Assembly (NCBI GenBank): GCA_050950825.1
Contig: JBMNIH010000002.1
Coordinates: 256,001 to 320,000, forward strand
Length of the DNA stretch: 64,000 bases
Reading direction: 5' to 3'
Source of the DNA: Clostridia bacterium
Lineage (GTDB): Bacteria > Bacillota > Clostridia > JAAYHZ01
The notes beneath the pieces were generated by a model. That model had not been told where the DNA came from, ran no database searches, and saw nothing but the letters and a program-made list of their open reading frames with translations. Below are positions 37,819 to 48,553 of this stretch, piece by piece (the stretch's first letter is position 1; each line of letters starts with the position of its first letter). A program made the position numbers and the translations under genes.

Positions 37819-37860
37819 AATTATGAAATGAATGATGTCGCAATCATTCATTTCATAATT
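37819..37860. repeat. Perfect 18-bp inverted repeat (possible terminator between convergent genes)
   Basis: AATTATGAAATGAATGAT-gtcgca-ATCATTCATTTCATAATT. Confidence 0.7.
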
Positions 37861-37906
37861 CTCGTATTTGTGCTATGTCCCCTTTCGTCGAGAAAATATA
37901 TATTAT

Positions 37907-39863
37907 GATTCTACTGCAAAAACTCAAGTAAATCTATACAATTAATGTACCTAGAAAATTTCATAAAAGGCTCTTAAAAAGCCTCGAAACACTTGAAAAC
38001 ACTAGACTTGAGACAGGTTTTATGGTAAAATAGATATGTTTCATTAATCCATATTTTGAATTTTCCGGAGATATATTTTATGTTCAGAGCAAACGATTCA
38101 CATAAACAACAACCGATTTTCTCAAGTCTCGATTGGATGCATGAAAAAGCACGCGAAAGATTTAAAAAATCTTGGGCACCTGTATTCTATGAACATGTAT
38201 TTTGCCATATCAACGAAGAACCTTTTGCGAAATTGTACAGCAAGACAGGCAGACCGAATACACCTGTGAATATATTGCTGTCTTTGGAATATATCAAGTA
38301 TATGAAAGATCTGAATGATCAAGATCTTTTGGATTCCCTATATCTTGATTATCAAACGACTTATGCCGTCGGAGGGAAAATGCTTGGCGAGATTTACATA
38401 TCGGAAAGAACGCTGTATTACTTTCGGGAAAGAGTATATGAATATTTGACGGAGCATCCCGAGGACGAAAACCTCTTATTCGGTCAATTCATAGAGTTAC
38501 TGAGGAATTTTGCGAAACTGACAGGAACCTCGCTCGACGAACAAAGAACCGATACGACCATGTTCGTAAGCAACATCAAGAAAGCGGGTCGATTGGCATT
38601 GGCTTACGACGTATTGGAGAAAGGGGTAAAAGCCATTCCGAAAGAACAAAGACCCGAATCAATGGGGAAGGTTCTTGAAAAGGATTTCAAAACCGAAATG
38701 CTGCATAAGGTAAGAACCGTCGATACGGAAAGCAGGCTTACGACGCTTTTGTCTATGAGCGCGGAAGCTCTCAAGATATTGAAGGAACTGCCCGACAAGA
38801 AAGAATCGGACGAAGTTCGCATACTTGAACGGTTCATCAAAGAACAGTCGGAGACCGATGAAAACGGTAACCTTGTACCGAAGAAGAGCAAAGAAATCTC
38901 GTCCGATTCGCTTCAATCCGCCTATGACGAGGACGCCACCTATCGAAAGAAAGGCAATAAAGGGCAAAGCGGCTATGTACTTGAGGTATCGGAAACCTGC
39001 TCGAAAGACAACAAAGTTCAATTGATTACCGATTACGCCGTTAAGCCCAACATTGTAAGCGACAAAGAAATATTAAGCGGGCGAATCCGAAAGGTCAAAG
39101 AAAACACCGGATGTACCGACATGTACATAGACGGAGGTTTTCACTCGGAAGATGTATACAAAGCCGCGGAAGCCAATGATGTCCAAATTCATTTGACGGA
39201 CATGTGCGGACGGAAGCCGTCGGACAAGATCTCGGTGAGTGAGTTTGAAATAAAAGAAGAAACGGGATTGATTGAAAAATGCCCTGCGGGTCATATGCCT
39301 TTCCGATCGGTTAGAGCGAAAGGACAATTGGTGGCATACTTCGAAACAGATGTTTGTCTGCAATGCGAGCATTTTAACAGATGCTACAGCAAGCAACAGA
39401 ACAAAAACTGTGTGGTGAGAATCAGTGAAAAAGCAATGGAAACCGCAAGGAAACGAGTAGAAATAGCCACTTGCAGGAAGGAAAACGTTAGTAAGAGAGC
39501 GGGAATCGAAGGAACCGTTTCGGCGTTGAAACGCACAGGACTGAATAATATGAAGGTACGCGGTTTGATTAAATCAACCGTTGTATGCGGATTCTTATCA
39601 ATGGCGCAGAACATAAAACGAGTTATCAAATTTTTGCAAGGCGGATATGCAAAAGTAACAACTTGACAAACAAATGGGATTATTGTGCCTTTTATTAGGC
39701 AAAAGGTAAAAAACACATGAAAACTACCTCGATTTGATATCGAATCGAGGTAGCTGATACCCAAATTCGGGACGTTTATCGCAATTGAATACCATAAATT
39801 GGATTTTATTATGTCATTAGTGTAATTTTACGAGTGTAAGAATGAGCTTTTTGCAGTAGAATC
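37907..39863 (+). mobile_element. IS1182/IS5-like insertion sequence, complete (~1.96 kb)
   Basis: IRs GATTCTACTGCAAAAA(C/GC)TCA at both ends; 7-bp duplication ATATTAT at 37900-37906 and 39864-39870. Confidence 0.9.
38080..39666 (+). CDS. DDE transposase (IS1182/IS5-like)
   Basis: GRPN.PV, RTDTT, D.DATYR.K, YIDGGF, CPAG...C..C and RAGIEGT.S.LKR motifs; RBS GGAG before ATG 38080. Confidence 0.88.
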   Translation: MFRANDSHKQQPIFSSLDWMHEKARERFKKSWAPVFYEHVFCHINEEPFAKLYSKTGRPNTPVNILLSLEYIKYMKDLNDQDLLDSLYLDYQTTYAVGGKMLGEIYISERTLYYFRERVYEYLTEHPEDENLLFGQFIELLRNFAKLTGTSLDEQRTDTTMFVSNIKKAGRLALAYDVLEKGVKAIPKEQRPESMGKVLEKDFKTEMLHKVRTVDTESRLTTLLSMSAEALKILKELPDKKESDEVRILERFIKEQSETDENGNLVPKKSKEISSDSLQSAYDEDATYRKKGNKGQSGYVLEVSETCSKDNKVQLITDYAVKPNIVSDKEILSGRIRKVKENTGCTDMYIDGGFHSEDVYKAAEANDVQIHLTDMCGRKPSDKISVSEFEIKEETGLIEKCPAGHMPFRSVRAKGQLVAYFETDVCLQCEHFNRCYSKQQNKNCVVRISEKAMETARKRVEIATCRKENVSKRAGIEGTVSALKRTGLNNMKVRGLIKSTVVCGFLSMAQNIKRVIKFLQGGYAKVTT

Positions 39864-39866
39864 ATA

Positions 39867-41474
39867 TTATCGGTATTCGCCGAAAATTTGCATGCTTTGC
39901 ACGAGAGACGCATCATGGGTTTCTTTCAGTTTCCAATGAAGATCTTCTAACAATTCAAAGGTAATGTCCTCATTAAAAAAGTTTATAATTAGGAAATCCG
40001 AGCGTTGTCCTTGGATGATTGCATCGGAAAATCTCGTTAATCTGTATTCTTCCAAGAACTTATCTCTGTTGGTCCGATTTTTGAAAAAATCCATGAAGGC
40101 TTCGGCATAATCTTTCATGTATCTTATATCGTTTTTGCTTTCGAATATAAAATTCTTGAGTATTTTGTCTTTGATATATACGGCATCGCCGATATCGCCT
40201 ATGAGTGAAAAGCCTTGGGTCATCATACCGGATCCGGTACCTATCGGAACAATCTGTTTAAAGCTTACCTTACCGTCTCGACGAATCACTCTTTTCTCCC
40301 GGTCGTATTCGCAATTGACGCCGTCGATACCGTAACCGAGCAATCTTCGAGCTTCATCGTTGGAAAGAAGCCAATCGATATATTGCAACGCAAGCTGCTT
40401 TTCCTTGCATTGATTGCCGATGACAAAATAAATCAATTGGGAGGGCAGGTTGTAATCCTCATACAAAGGGATAATAAGGTATTCGTTAAGAAGGTCTGTC
40501 AGTTTATTATGAATCATGAATTCCATTTCGACGGCGATTAACTTATCGATCGCCGCATCGATCCGGTTATTTATAAAACTCTTTACATACTTTTGCCAAT
40601 TCGTTTGCAAACCCAAATCGGCAACCTCCCTCTTTACCGCAATTAATTGATCCCATAAATCCGTTTCATCGATGCGGTACACTCTTCGATCGGATCCGTC
40701 GGATTTCATAAGGTATATGTAAGGAAGCTCCCCGAACAGGCTGAAATAACCTGCTTTAGCAACTTCACGGCTTAAAATGCTTTCGGAAGACACATAGACC
40801 TTATTCATTTGATCCGTTCGATTTTCCGCAATTTTCTTGCATAGATCGTAAGCGGATTCCCAATCCACGATTTCATAATCCGCGTACTGTTCGGCAATCG
40901 ATTTTCGAATAATTAAAACGGGAACGTACTCCAAAAACTCATCGGGAATAACAATGCCCAAATGCTCTCCGTTAATTTCGGAAAGCTTTTTAAATTCAGG
41001 ATATTTGTCGTAGAACAAAGAGATGTACGGGGTTTTCTCGTTGATGTAGGAAGATATGTCCTCGACATATCCGTTGTCGTAATACGAGAAAAGCATATCG
41101 TTATATATATAGGCTTGTAAGCCGTCTTGCCCTTCATAAAAACGAATACCGAATCTTCCTCTTACAAAGCTAATGTCCGGAGCGTCTTCCTTCCATAAAG
41201 GTTCTTGGGAATAACTGTCGGAATTAACGATACGGATCGTAACCCCGAGAACGGACCGGCTTAAGTCGTTCAGCTTGTTTATGATATTGGAATCTTCATT
41301 GGATAGTGTTCTTCCGAGATATGCGGTAAATTCCACGTTTTTCATCAGCGGATTGTATTCTACGGTCTTGTCGGGCATGGATACTTCGAAGCCGTTAGGG
41401 TTCGAGGATTCGCAGCCGGAAGCGATTAAAATGAGGAGCAAGAGAACTACGGTACAAAAAAGCATCTTTTTCAT
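39867..41474 (-). CDS. Divergent SBP-like lipoprotein
   Basis: Lipobox ASGC; APDI, EDISSYI..KTP, INGEHLGI, ALQYIDWL, YGIDGV; homologous to 33033-34625. Confidence 0.65.
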   Translation of the reverse strand: MKKMLFCTVVLLLLILIASGCESSNPNGFEVSMPDKTVEYNPLMKNVEFTAYLGRTLSNEDSNIINKLNDLSRSVLGVTIRIVNSDSYSQEPLWKEDAPDISFVRGRFGIRFYEGQDGLQAYIYNDMLFSYYDNGYVEDISSYINEKTPYISLFYDKYPEFKKLSEINGEHLGIVIPDEFLEYVPVLIIRKSIAEQYADYEIVDWESAYDLCKKIAENRTDQMNKVYVSSESILSREVAKAGYFSLFGELPYIYLMKSDGSDRRVYRIDETDLWDQLIAVKREVADLGLQTNWQKYVKSFINNRIDAAIDKLIAVEMEFMIHNKLTDLLNEYLIIPLYEDYNLPSQLIYFVIGNQCKEKQLALQYIDWLLSNDEARRLLGYGIDGVNCEYDREKRVIRRDGKVSFKQIVPIGTGSGMMTQGFSLIGDIGDAVYIKDKILKNFIFESKNDIRYMKDYAEAFMDFFKNRTNRDKFLEEYRLTRFSDAIIQGQRSDFLIINFFNEDITFELLEDLHWKLKETHDASLVQSMQIFGEYR

Positions 41475-41832
41475 AATTTACCTCGCTAATCTCGTAGTGC
41501 TTTATAAATACATATAAGCGAAAAAAGATAATAACAAATAAGTTCGCCCTGAGATCCACACCGTAAAACAATAGAACAAATTATCATATGATATCTTTTA
41601 TATTATTTGTTCTCTATATTGCCATTATATAGCAGTATATAAATATGTCAATACAAGCCTATTCCATTGCTTTCCGATAAGCTTTCATTCGTTTTCATTT
41701 GCATGCATGCTCTTTAATTTCCGTTCGGTTAATCCCTTGTATTTATTTCCACGAGTGCTATAATGGATGAAGTTAAAATTTATATATTTTATATATACTG
41801 TTTTTTAACTTAACGAATGAAAGGATTTGCAT

Positions 41833-43251
41833 ATGGTTTTTTCCAGCTTGGAGTTTTTGTTCTTGTTTTTACCGATTACATTGCTTTTGTATTATGCCGT
41901 TCCAAAAAAGTATCTTAAGTGGCGAAACGTTGTACTTTTAATAACCAGCCTTATATTCTACGGTTGGGGCGAACCGATATATGTCTTTCTCATGATAGCC
42001 ACCATTACCGTAGACTATATCTGCGGATATTACATCGACAAATACCTTGATACGAATCCCGGAAAAGCCAAAAGAGTATTGATAACGGCGGTTGTCATTA
42101 ATTTGAGTATTCTGGGCTTTTTTAAATACTACGATTTTTTAGTAAGCAACTTAAGACGCATCCCCGGACTGGAAGGATTGCCGCTTTTAAATCTTAGCCT
42201 TCCCATCGGAATTTCCTTCTACACCTTCCAAGCCTTAAGCTATGTTATTGACGTTTACCGACGAGATGCAAAGGTTCAAAAAAATATCGCCACCTTCGGC
42301 GCTTACGTTACTTTGTTTCCTCAGCTGATCGCAGGTCCCATCGTGCGCTATAAAGACGTGGACAAGATGCTTCGAAAGCGGGACGAAAACATCCCCTTGT
42401 TTGCATCGGGAGTTCGAACATTTTTAGCCGGGTTTGCAAAGAAAATTTTATTAGCTAATGTAGCCGGGGAGATTTGGAACGCCCAAGCGGCTATTCCCCT
42501 TGATCAAAGGACGGTAGCGGGAGCATGGCTCGGTCTTATCTGTTACGCCTTTCAAATCTATTTCGACTTTTCAGGCTACTCCGATATGGCCATCGGTTTG
42601 GGAAAAATGATCGGCTTTAAGTTCCTTGAGAACTTTAATTACCCTTACATAGCCCGCTCCATCACGGATTTTTGGAGACGCTGGCATATGTCCTTGTCTA
42701 CTTGGTTTCGAGAATACGTCTATTTTCCCTTAGGCGGAAGCCGCTGTTCGACAATCGTTAATATCCGCAACCTTTTAGTAGTTTGGTTCCTTACGGGATT
42801 GTGGCACGGAGCAAGCTGGAACTACGTCCTTTGGGGTTTATACTATTTCGTCCTTCTGGTTATTGAAAAGCAATTGCTTCAAAAATTCCTATCGAAGCTG
42901 CCGGCATTTTTCCAACATTTTTATACGCTGTTTTTCATTCTTTTCGGATGGCTTTTATTCGTATTTGAGGATCTATCCGCCGGTATGAAGTATTTGGGCA
43001 ACATGTTCGGTGTAGGCACCGTAGCATCGTTTACGCAAATAGACATCTATAATATTGTCCGTTTGCTGCCGTTTATCGCCGTATGCGTTATTGCCTCTAC
43101 ACCGCTTCCGAAAAGATTGTTTTACAGGCTGTACGAAAAATATACATGGGTTCGTGCCCTTGCCTATACGGCCGGAGTTTTGGTTTTTGTGTTGGGATTA
43201 TCCTACCTGGTGGATTCTTTCTACAATCCCTTCCTGTACTTTCGATTTTAA
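41833..43251 (+). CDS. MBOAT-family O-acyltransferase (AlgI/PatA-like)
   Basis: LPIGISFYTFQALSY, FPQLIAGPIVRY, QIYFDFSGYSDMAIG, FWRRWH, GLWHGA, YNPFLYFRF. Confidence 0.95.
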   Translation: MVFSSLEFLFLFLPITLLLYYAVPKKYLKWRNVVLLITSLIFYGWGEPIYVFLMIATITVDYICGYYIDKYLDTNPGKAKRVLITAVVINLSILGFFKYYDFLVSNLRRIPGLEGLPLLNLSLPIGISFYTFQALSYVIDVYRRDAKVQKNIATFGAYVTLFPQLIAGPIVRYKDVDKMLRKRDENIPLFASGVRTFLAGFAKKILLANVAGEIWNAQAAIPLDQRTVAGAWLGLICYAFQIYFDFSGYSDMAIGLGKMIGFKFLENFNYPYIARSITDFWRRWHMSLSTWFREYVYFPLGGSRCSTIVNIRNLLVVWFLTGLWHGASWNYVLWGLYYFVLLVIEKQLLQKFLSKLPAFFQHFYTLFFILFGWLLFVFEDLSAGMKYLGNMFGVGTVASFTQIDIYNIVRLLPFIAVCVIASTPLPKRLFYRLYEKYTWVRALAYTAGVLVFVLGLSYLVDSFYNPFLYFRF

Positions 43252-43293
43252 CGGATATAAAGATATCGTTTGCAAAGGAGAACGTTTGGTACC

Positions 43294-44979
43294 ATGAACA
43301 AAAGACCTGAAAAAAATACGGACCAAGAGATCCTGTTGGACTTACAAATAAGGTGCGCCGCAAAAACCCCTGCCGTCGAGAAGCTGACGGTGTTTACGTT
43401 CCTTTTGTTGATTTTTGTCTTGGCAATCCTCTTTTTCATTCTTCCCGACAAAGCCTTTTCGGAACAGGAAAATCGCGCCCTTCAGCAGGCTCCCAAAATT
43501 TCGTACTCGGAAAAGCCTTTAGGAAGGCTTTTAGACGGAAGCTACACCGCCGATATTGCAAAGTATTACGCCGATCAGTTTCCTGCCCGTGATCTTTTCA
43601 TAGGCGTTAAAGGCTTTACGGAAATAGCCCTCGGGAAAAAGGAAAACAACTCCGTACTGCTTGCAAAAGACGGATATTTAATCACCCGACCCTCCGACCC
43701 CGATTACGAAGCGCTGGAAGAGAATTTGGCCTCCGTCGCCGATTTTGCGGATTTGATGAAACGGATGGACATACCGGTGACTCTTGCCGTCATCGGTCGC
43801 ACTTATGAAGCGATGAGTAGCTATCTTCCGGATTCCTTCCCTAAAGACCTTACAAACCGGTCTTGGGATTACGTACAATCCGTTGCGGACGGCAGCCAAA
43901 GCTTGCATTATGTTAACCTGTTAGAGCCCTTAAAGTCCATGATCGATAACGGACAAGCGCCCCGTCCCATATACTACCGAACCGACCACCACTGGACCAC
44001 GTTAGGTGCCTATTACGCTTACGCAGAAATTATAAATTCCTTCGGGCAAAAGAATTTACAGCCTGTTCCGCTTTCTAAGTTTACAATCGAAAATGCATCG
44101 ACAAGCTTCTACGGCACTACTTGGAGTAAGGCCGGCATGAAATGGATCAAGCCCGATGTTATGGAATATTTTCGATACGAGGGCGATAATGATTACATAA
44201 CGACGATTGAAGATACCGGGCAAAGCTTTACCGGCTTTTACGACCGAAGCTATTTAAGCAAAAAAGATAAGTATTCTTCCTTCCTCTCCGGAAACAACGG
44301 AAGAACGGATATCCTTCGCGCCGACGGTCAAAAACGGGAAAAGCTTTTGGTTATGAAAGACAGCTTCGCTCATTCCATGATACCGTTTTTGGCCATGCAC
44401 TATGACCTTGTGGTTCTCGACCTTCGCTATTATTCCGAATCCGTTCCAAAACTGGTATTAAAAGAAGGTATAAGCCGTGTACTGATTATCGGTAACATGG
44501 AAAACCTTTGCCAAACTCCCGTTTACGGAAACCTCTATTACGGAGCCGAACAAGCGTTGGATGCATATAACCGCAGCTTTTATCCTATCCGCGACATCCG
44601 GGTTAACGGAAACTCCATTGAAAACTATACCATTGCATATCCCGATATACCGGAATATGAAAAAGCCGCGTCGCTTTTGCACGATGCAATCCTTGAAAAA
44701 ACGGGATTCGACTTGAATACGATGATCCTAAAAGAATATGATGATATTGATCGAGCCATCGTTTTGTCCGATACGGGTTTGTCCGCAGAGGGCTTGGTTA
44801 AGTTCTCGGTGGATGGGAACAATCTTACGATTTGTTCAACCGCACAAGAGGGCATCATCGGAGCCGTAGAAACGTTTATAGATACATATTTAAAAGAAGG
44901 CACGGGAGCCTTCAATTTCCCGGCCGACTATGTTTACACGGATTTGTCCGGCGAATTTGCAATCATCATGCCGGAGTAA
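43294..44979 (+). CDS. DHHW-family (AlgJ/AlgX/PatB-like) membrane-anchored O-acetyltransferase with extra C-terminal domain
   Basis: N-terminal TM helix, SEQENRAL, YRTDHHWT and KDSFA motifs. Confidence 0.88.
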   Translation: MNKRPEKNTDQEILLDLQIRCAAKTPAVEKLTVFTFLLLIFVLAILFFILPDKAFSEQENRALQQAPKISYSEKPLGRLLDGSYTADIAKYYADQFPARDLFIGVKGFTEIALGKKENNSVLLAKDGYLITRPSDPDYEALEENLASVADFADLMKRMDIPVTLAVIGRTYEAMSSYLPDSFPKDLTNRSWDYVQSVADGSQSLHYVNLLEPLKSMIDNGQAPRPIYYRTDHHWTTLGAYYAYAEIINSFGQKNLQPVPLSKFTIENASTSFYGTTWSKAGMKWIKPDVMEYFRYEGDNDYITTIEDTGQSFTGFYDRSYLSKKDKYSSFLSGNNGRTDILRADGQKREKLLVMKDSFAHSMIPFLAMHYDLVVLDLRYYSESVPKLVLKEGISRVLIIGNMENLCQTPVYGNLYYGAEQALDAYNRSFYPIRDIRVNGNSIENYTIAYPDIPEYEKAASLLHDAILEKTGFDLNTMILKEYDDIDRAIVLSDTGLSAEGLVKFSVDGNNLTICSTAQEGIIGAVETFIDTYLKEGTGAFNFPADYVYTDLSGEFAIIMPE

Positions 44980-45015
44980 GACTTTTTAAAGCATATATTT
45001 GGAAAGGAGCAACCT

Positions 45016-46935
45016 ATGATTCGAATACGGAGCACTGCGCTTCTTCTGATATTGACAATTATCATCGCTTTTACGGGATGTACGGGCCGACAGCAAAATA
45101 ATGGCGAGCCTGTTGAGACTCACGAACCGAAAAACGTCGACATTCCCGTAACGGCAACGGAACTTCCCGACTTATCGGCAAAGGAAATTGCCGATGCGAT
45201 TATGTCGATTTTTGAAGAACAAGAGCTTTCGCCTATGACTCGGTATTTCTACGGTGCAAAGGAAGGGACTCCGGAGTACTTCGAACCGGAACGCAGCGGA
45301 TGGCTGATTACGGGAAAAATGAATACCGATCCCGTCATGGATTCTTTGTCCGATTACGCCTTTTATGTACCGAAGGGCTGGTACGCTTTTGAAGTGGACG
45401 TCCTCAAGCTCAAGGATTCGGCCGATCTATCGAAAGCGATTGCGTATTTGGAGGCGCGCCAAAAACGCCAAAACGGTCCCGACCTTGAGTTCTACAACCC
45501 TACGGACCTGCCGCTCATTCGAAACGCTTCCATATTTGCCGTCGGCAATTATGCCATTATGCTGGCAACGAGTGATAATGACAAGGCACGGCAAGTCGTC
45601 GCCGATTTGTTCGAAGGAAAAGCGCAGCTTAGGACCGACATTGTAACGGACCCCGTTGATGAAGAACAGATTAAAGGATATGACTTTTCGGAAGCTTCGG
45701 AAGATATTGTACAAATACCGTCCGTAAACAATATCGACATTACCATGTTGGAGCCCGAGTCAAAGAAAGACTTGCCTCCCGACCAAATAACCGCCATTCC
45801 GGAAATCACGGTTTCCAAATACACCCACAATACCATGTTCCTTTTGGGAGGTACTTGCGAGGAAGGTGCCGTTATCCGGGTTCGCGGCGGTACGGAAGAG
45901 ATCAATTCCCGAAGCGACTACGGTGATTGGCTGGTAGAAGTGCCTATCGATCCCGAAAAGCCTTCTACCCTGTACCTGACGGCCGAAGTCTCCGGTAAAG
46001 AAGAAAGCGATACCGTAAAATTCATCGTACGGCCTCAAGAAGGCATCACCTTGTACGAGGACAGCGGTGTTTTCGGTGTGGTGGTGGGAAACGACTATTT
46101 TACTTGGTTCCAAGACTGCATCCCCACCTTTACCGGCAGCAATCTGCTAAAAGAAAATGAAATCGAAAACTTAAAAAGCCGTTACGCCCGAAAGGTTGAG
46201 AATTTACGTTCCCGTGACTTGGACACCGAAATTATTATTCTCATGGTTCCTTCACCCATGCGAATCTACGCGGAACATGTTCCCTCCTATATTCAGCAAA
46301 CCGACGGGATCACCTTGACCGACCAATTCAATGAAGCCATGAAAGAAGCGGGTATTACCGTCATCGACCTTCGCGACGTTATGTTCGCTCATAAATACGA
46401 TCCGTTTAAGATATTCCACCGTACCGACTCCCACTGGAGCGAATACGGCGCTTATTTCGGCTATATCGAATTGATGAATTACATCGCCAAGAAGTTCCCT
46501 GATGCCGCTCCCCGGCCGGCTTCCGACTTTGAGTTTTATAACAAAAAGGTTAACTACGGGGACATCTACGCTACTTTAGGCTTAGGGCGTACGGAGCTTA
46601 AGGAATACTCCGTATTTGTCAACTTTAAATTCAATCCCCCCGGAGGCTTTCGAAATATCTACAACGGCGACAGCTTGGTTATCGACCACAATGTCACCGG
46701 CAAAAGCCACGTAACGGAAAGCAACCTAAGAGGATTGAATCTTCCTACGGCCTATATCATGCGGGATTCCTTCTGCGGTCCCATCTTCAACTTCTTGACG
46801 GACCGCTTCTCCGCCATCACATGGCAGGCCATGTGGGATTACACCTTTGATATTTACCGCATTTCGCAAGCCAAACCGGACTATTTGATCTACATAATCA
46901 ACGAGCGGAATATCAAGAACATTATGTATGAATAA
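45016..46935 (+). CDS. Lipoprotein with C-terminal DHHW/AlgX-like domain
   Basis: Lipobox FTGC; RTDSHWS and RDSF motifs; N-terminal DUF4358-like and Ig-like segments are inferred. Confidence 0.75.
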   Translation: MIRIRSTALLLILTIIIAFTGCTGRQQNNGEPVETHEPKNVDIPVTATELPDLSAKEIADAIMSIFEEQELSPMTRYFYGAKEGTPEYFEPERSGWLITGKMNTDPVMDSLSDYAFYVPKGWYAFEVDVLKLKDSADLSKAIAYLEARQKRQNGPDLEFYNPTDLPLIRNASIFAVGNYAIMLATSDNDKARQVVADLFEGKAQLRTDIVTDPVDEEQIKGYDFSEASEDIVQIPSVNNIDITMLEPESKKDLPPDQITAIPEITVSKYTHNTMFLLGGTCEEGAVIRVRGGTEEINSRSDYGDWLVEVPIDPEKPSTLYLTAEVSGKEESDTVKFIVRPQEGITLYEDSGVFGVVVGNDYFTWFQDCIPTFTGSNLLKENEIENLKSRYARKVENLRSRDLDTEIIILMVPSPMRIYAEHVPSYIQQTDGITLTDQFNEAMKEAGITVIDLRDVMFAHKYDPFKIFHRTDSHWSEYGAYFGYIELMNYIAKKFPDAAPRPASDFEFYNKKVNYGDIYATLGLGRTELKEYSVFVNFKFNPPGGFRNIYNGDSLVIDHNVTGKSHVTESNLRGLNLPTAYIMRDSFCGPIFNFLTDRFSAITWQAMWDYTFDIYRISQAKPDYLIYIINERNIKNIMYE

Positions 46936-46941
46936 AGTATA

Positions 46942-46974
46942 AGCCGTATTTCATTGAAGAAATACGGCTCTTTT
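46942..46974. terminator. Terminator between convergent operons
   Basis: AGCCGTATTTC-loop-GAAATACGGCT-CTTTT. Confidence 0.75.
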
Positions 46975-46988
46975 CTATTTACATATAT

Positions 46989-47765
46989 TTAAAGCGTCAG
47001 GATACGAGGTTTTAAGGTCAGGGATTCGGGTGAAACGGTAACAAGCATTGCATAAATACGGTCCGGGGTTTCGACAAGCCCGGGAAGGGTCGTATAGCAA
47101 ATTCCGTCGGATACGCTTTGGTAGCCGCTATGCATGTGTCCTTGAAAAACCGCCGTAACCTTACCGGTTTTTGCGAATATTTTCCGCACCGAACATGCAT
47201 TTCTTAAGTTATGAGGGTCATAAACACCGGAAAAATTGTCTAAAAGCGAATGAGAGAATACGATCGCCCGGTCTTCTTGAGCATTCATTAATGTCTTCTC
47301 AATCCATTCCAGCTGCTCTTCGGAGACATAGGTTTTTGTCCATTCGCAAGGTCCCCCTTCGGAATCGATGCCGCTCGGAAGACCTTCTTCATTGTAGTTG
47401 GTGTCCAGTACCAAAAACAATACTCCTCCGAAAGAAAATGCATAATATCCTCGATCATCCGGATAATTCCAAAGACGAGTGAGGAAGCTTCGGGATACGG
47501 CGTGTACATCATGGTTACCGATTACAAAGTGACAAGGAAATCCTCCGTATAACAAGGCGGCGGTTGCGTCCTCGCATTCTTTGGCTGCATTCGGACTTCC
47601 TTCGACCATATCTCCCAAGCATACGGCAAAGGAAACACTTTCGTTTTGAAAAATCTCGGTACATCTACGTATTTTTTCTAAAGAATTCGAGTAGAAGCGA
47701 CTTCCTCGGGAAGGAATTTCTCCGTATTGCGGGTCCGCAATTAATCCGAAGGTAAATGTTTTCAC
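46989..47765 (-). CDS. Calcineurin-like metallophosphoesterase (ADP-ribose/CDP-alcohol diphosphatase-like)
   Basis: ADPQY, R.Y..SL.K, LGD, GNHD and GHMH motifs; GTG start by RBS AAGGAGG (track start 47786). Confidence 0.85.
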   Translation of the reverse strand: MKTFTFGLIADPQYGEIPSRGSRFYSNSLEKIRRCTEIFQNESVSFAVCLGDMVEGSPNAAKECEDATAALLYGGFPCHFVIGNHDVHAVSRSFLTRLWNYPDDRGYYAFSFGGVLFLVLDTNYNEEGLPSGIDSEGGPCEWTKTYVSEEQLEWIEKTLMNAQEDRAIVFSHSLLDNFSGVYDPHNLRNACSVRKIFAKTGKVTAVFQGHMHSGYQSVSDGICYTTLPGLVETPDRIYAMLVTVSPESLTLKPRILTL

Positions 47766-47782
47766 GGCACTTGCCTCCTTTA

Positions 47783-48445
47783 TCAAAGATTCCCTTTAAA
47801 AAGATGCGGTGTGCACCCTAATGCGGTTATCCGCGGATGAATGATTCCGTCGTTTTCCTCGAAATTAACCGTTGTTACGGATGAGGTTGCAATGAAAAAG
47901 GATCTCCAGTAAAACGTAGCGGGCATGTTTGTAAGGATACCAAGCAGGGCAAAGCCGAATCCCAAATGGCAAAAAAGTGCGATGTCCCCGTCTTTAAGCG
48001 GACCATCGGCGGTAAAAGCGCCGTTGTTGTATGTAATGCCCTCAAGTGCCAGAAAGTCCTTAAGCCCTGAATGGATTTCGGCGAATTTTTCTTCTCCTAT
48101 AGGCGGCTGAAAAATCGGATCCTTTAACCATCCGCCCGGATACCTTTCGCAGGCGGCCAGACGCTCGGGCTCGGCATTCCATACGGCCACCTTCCCTCTT
48201 TTCGGATGATCGTACACAGGCAAATGCAATTCTCTTGTCCAAGGCAAAATCGTTACCGGAAGACCAAGACGCTTTGCGGTAGACTCCGCCGTTTCCCTTG
48301 CTCGCCCCATGGGCGAAGAAAAAATGCTTCGTATGGGCAGCGTTTCCGTATACCGTACAAGGGCTTCCGCTTCTTCTCTCCCCTTCGGGGTTAAGCAATC
48401 ATTTTGGTAGTTCGGGTCTCCGTGGCGAATAATTTGAAGCCGCAT
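47783..48445 (-). CDS. Histidine phosphatase family protein
   Basis: RHG, SSPMGRARET and FCH.G motifs. Confidence 0.9.
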   Translation of the reverse strand: MRLQIIRHGDPNYQNDCLTPKGREEAEALVRYTETLPIRSIFSSPMGRARETAESTAKRLGLPVTILPWTRELHLPVYDHPKRGKVAVWNAEPERLAACERYPGGWLKDPIFQPPIGEEKFAEIHSGLKDFLALEGITYNNGAFTADGPLKDGDIALFCHLGFGFALLGILTNMPATFYWRSFFIATSSVTTVNFEENDGIIHPRITALGCTPHLFKGNL

Positions 48446-48553
48446 AAATTACCTCCCTGGGCATATATAACATATGGCTGCAAAGCTTTTAACAACAGTA
48501 TACCGGTTTCGCCTCCTAAAACTCAACGACAACCCGTATTCGACAAGAGGATA

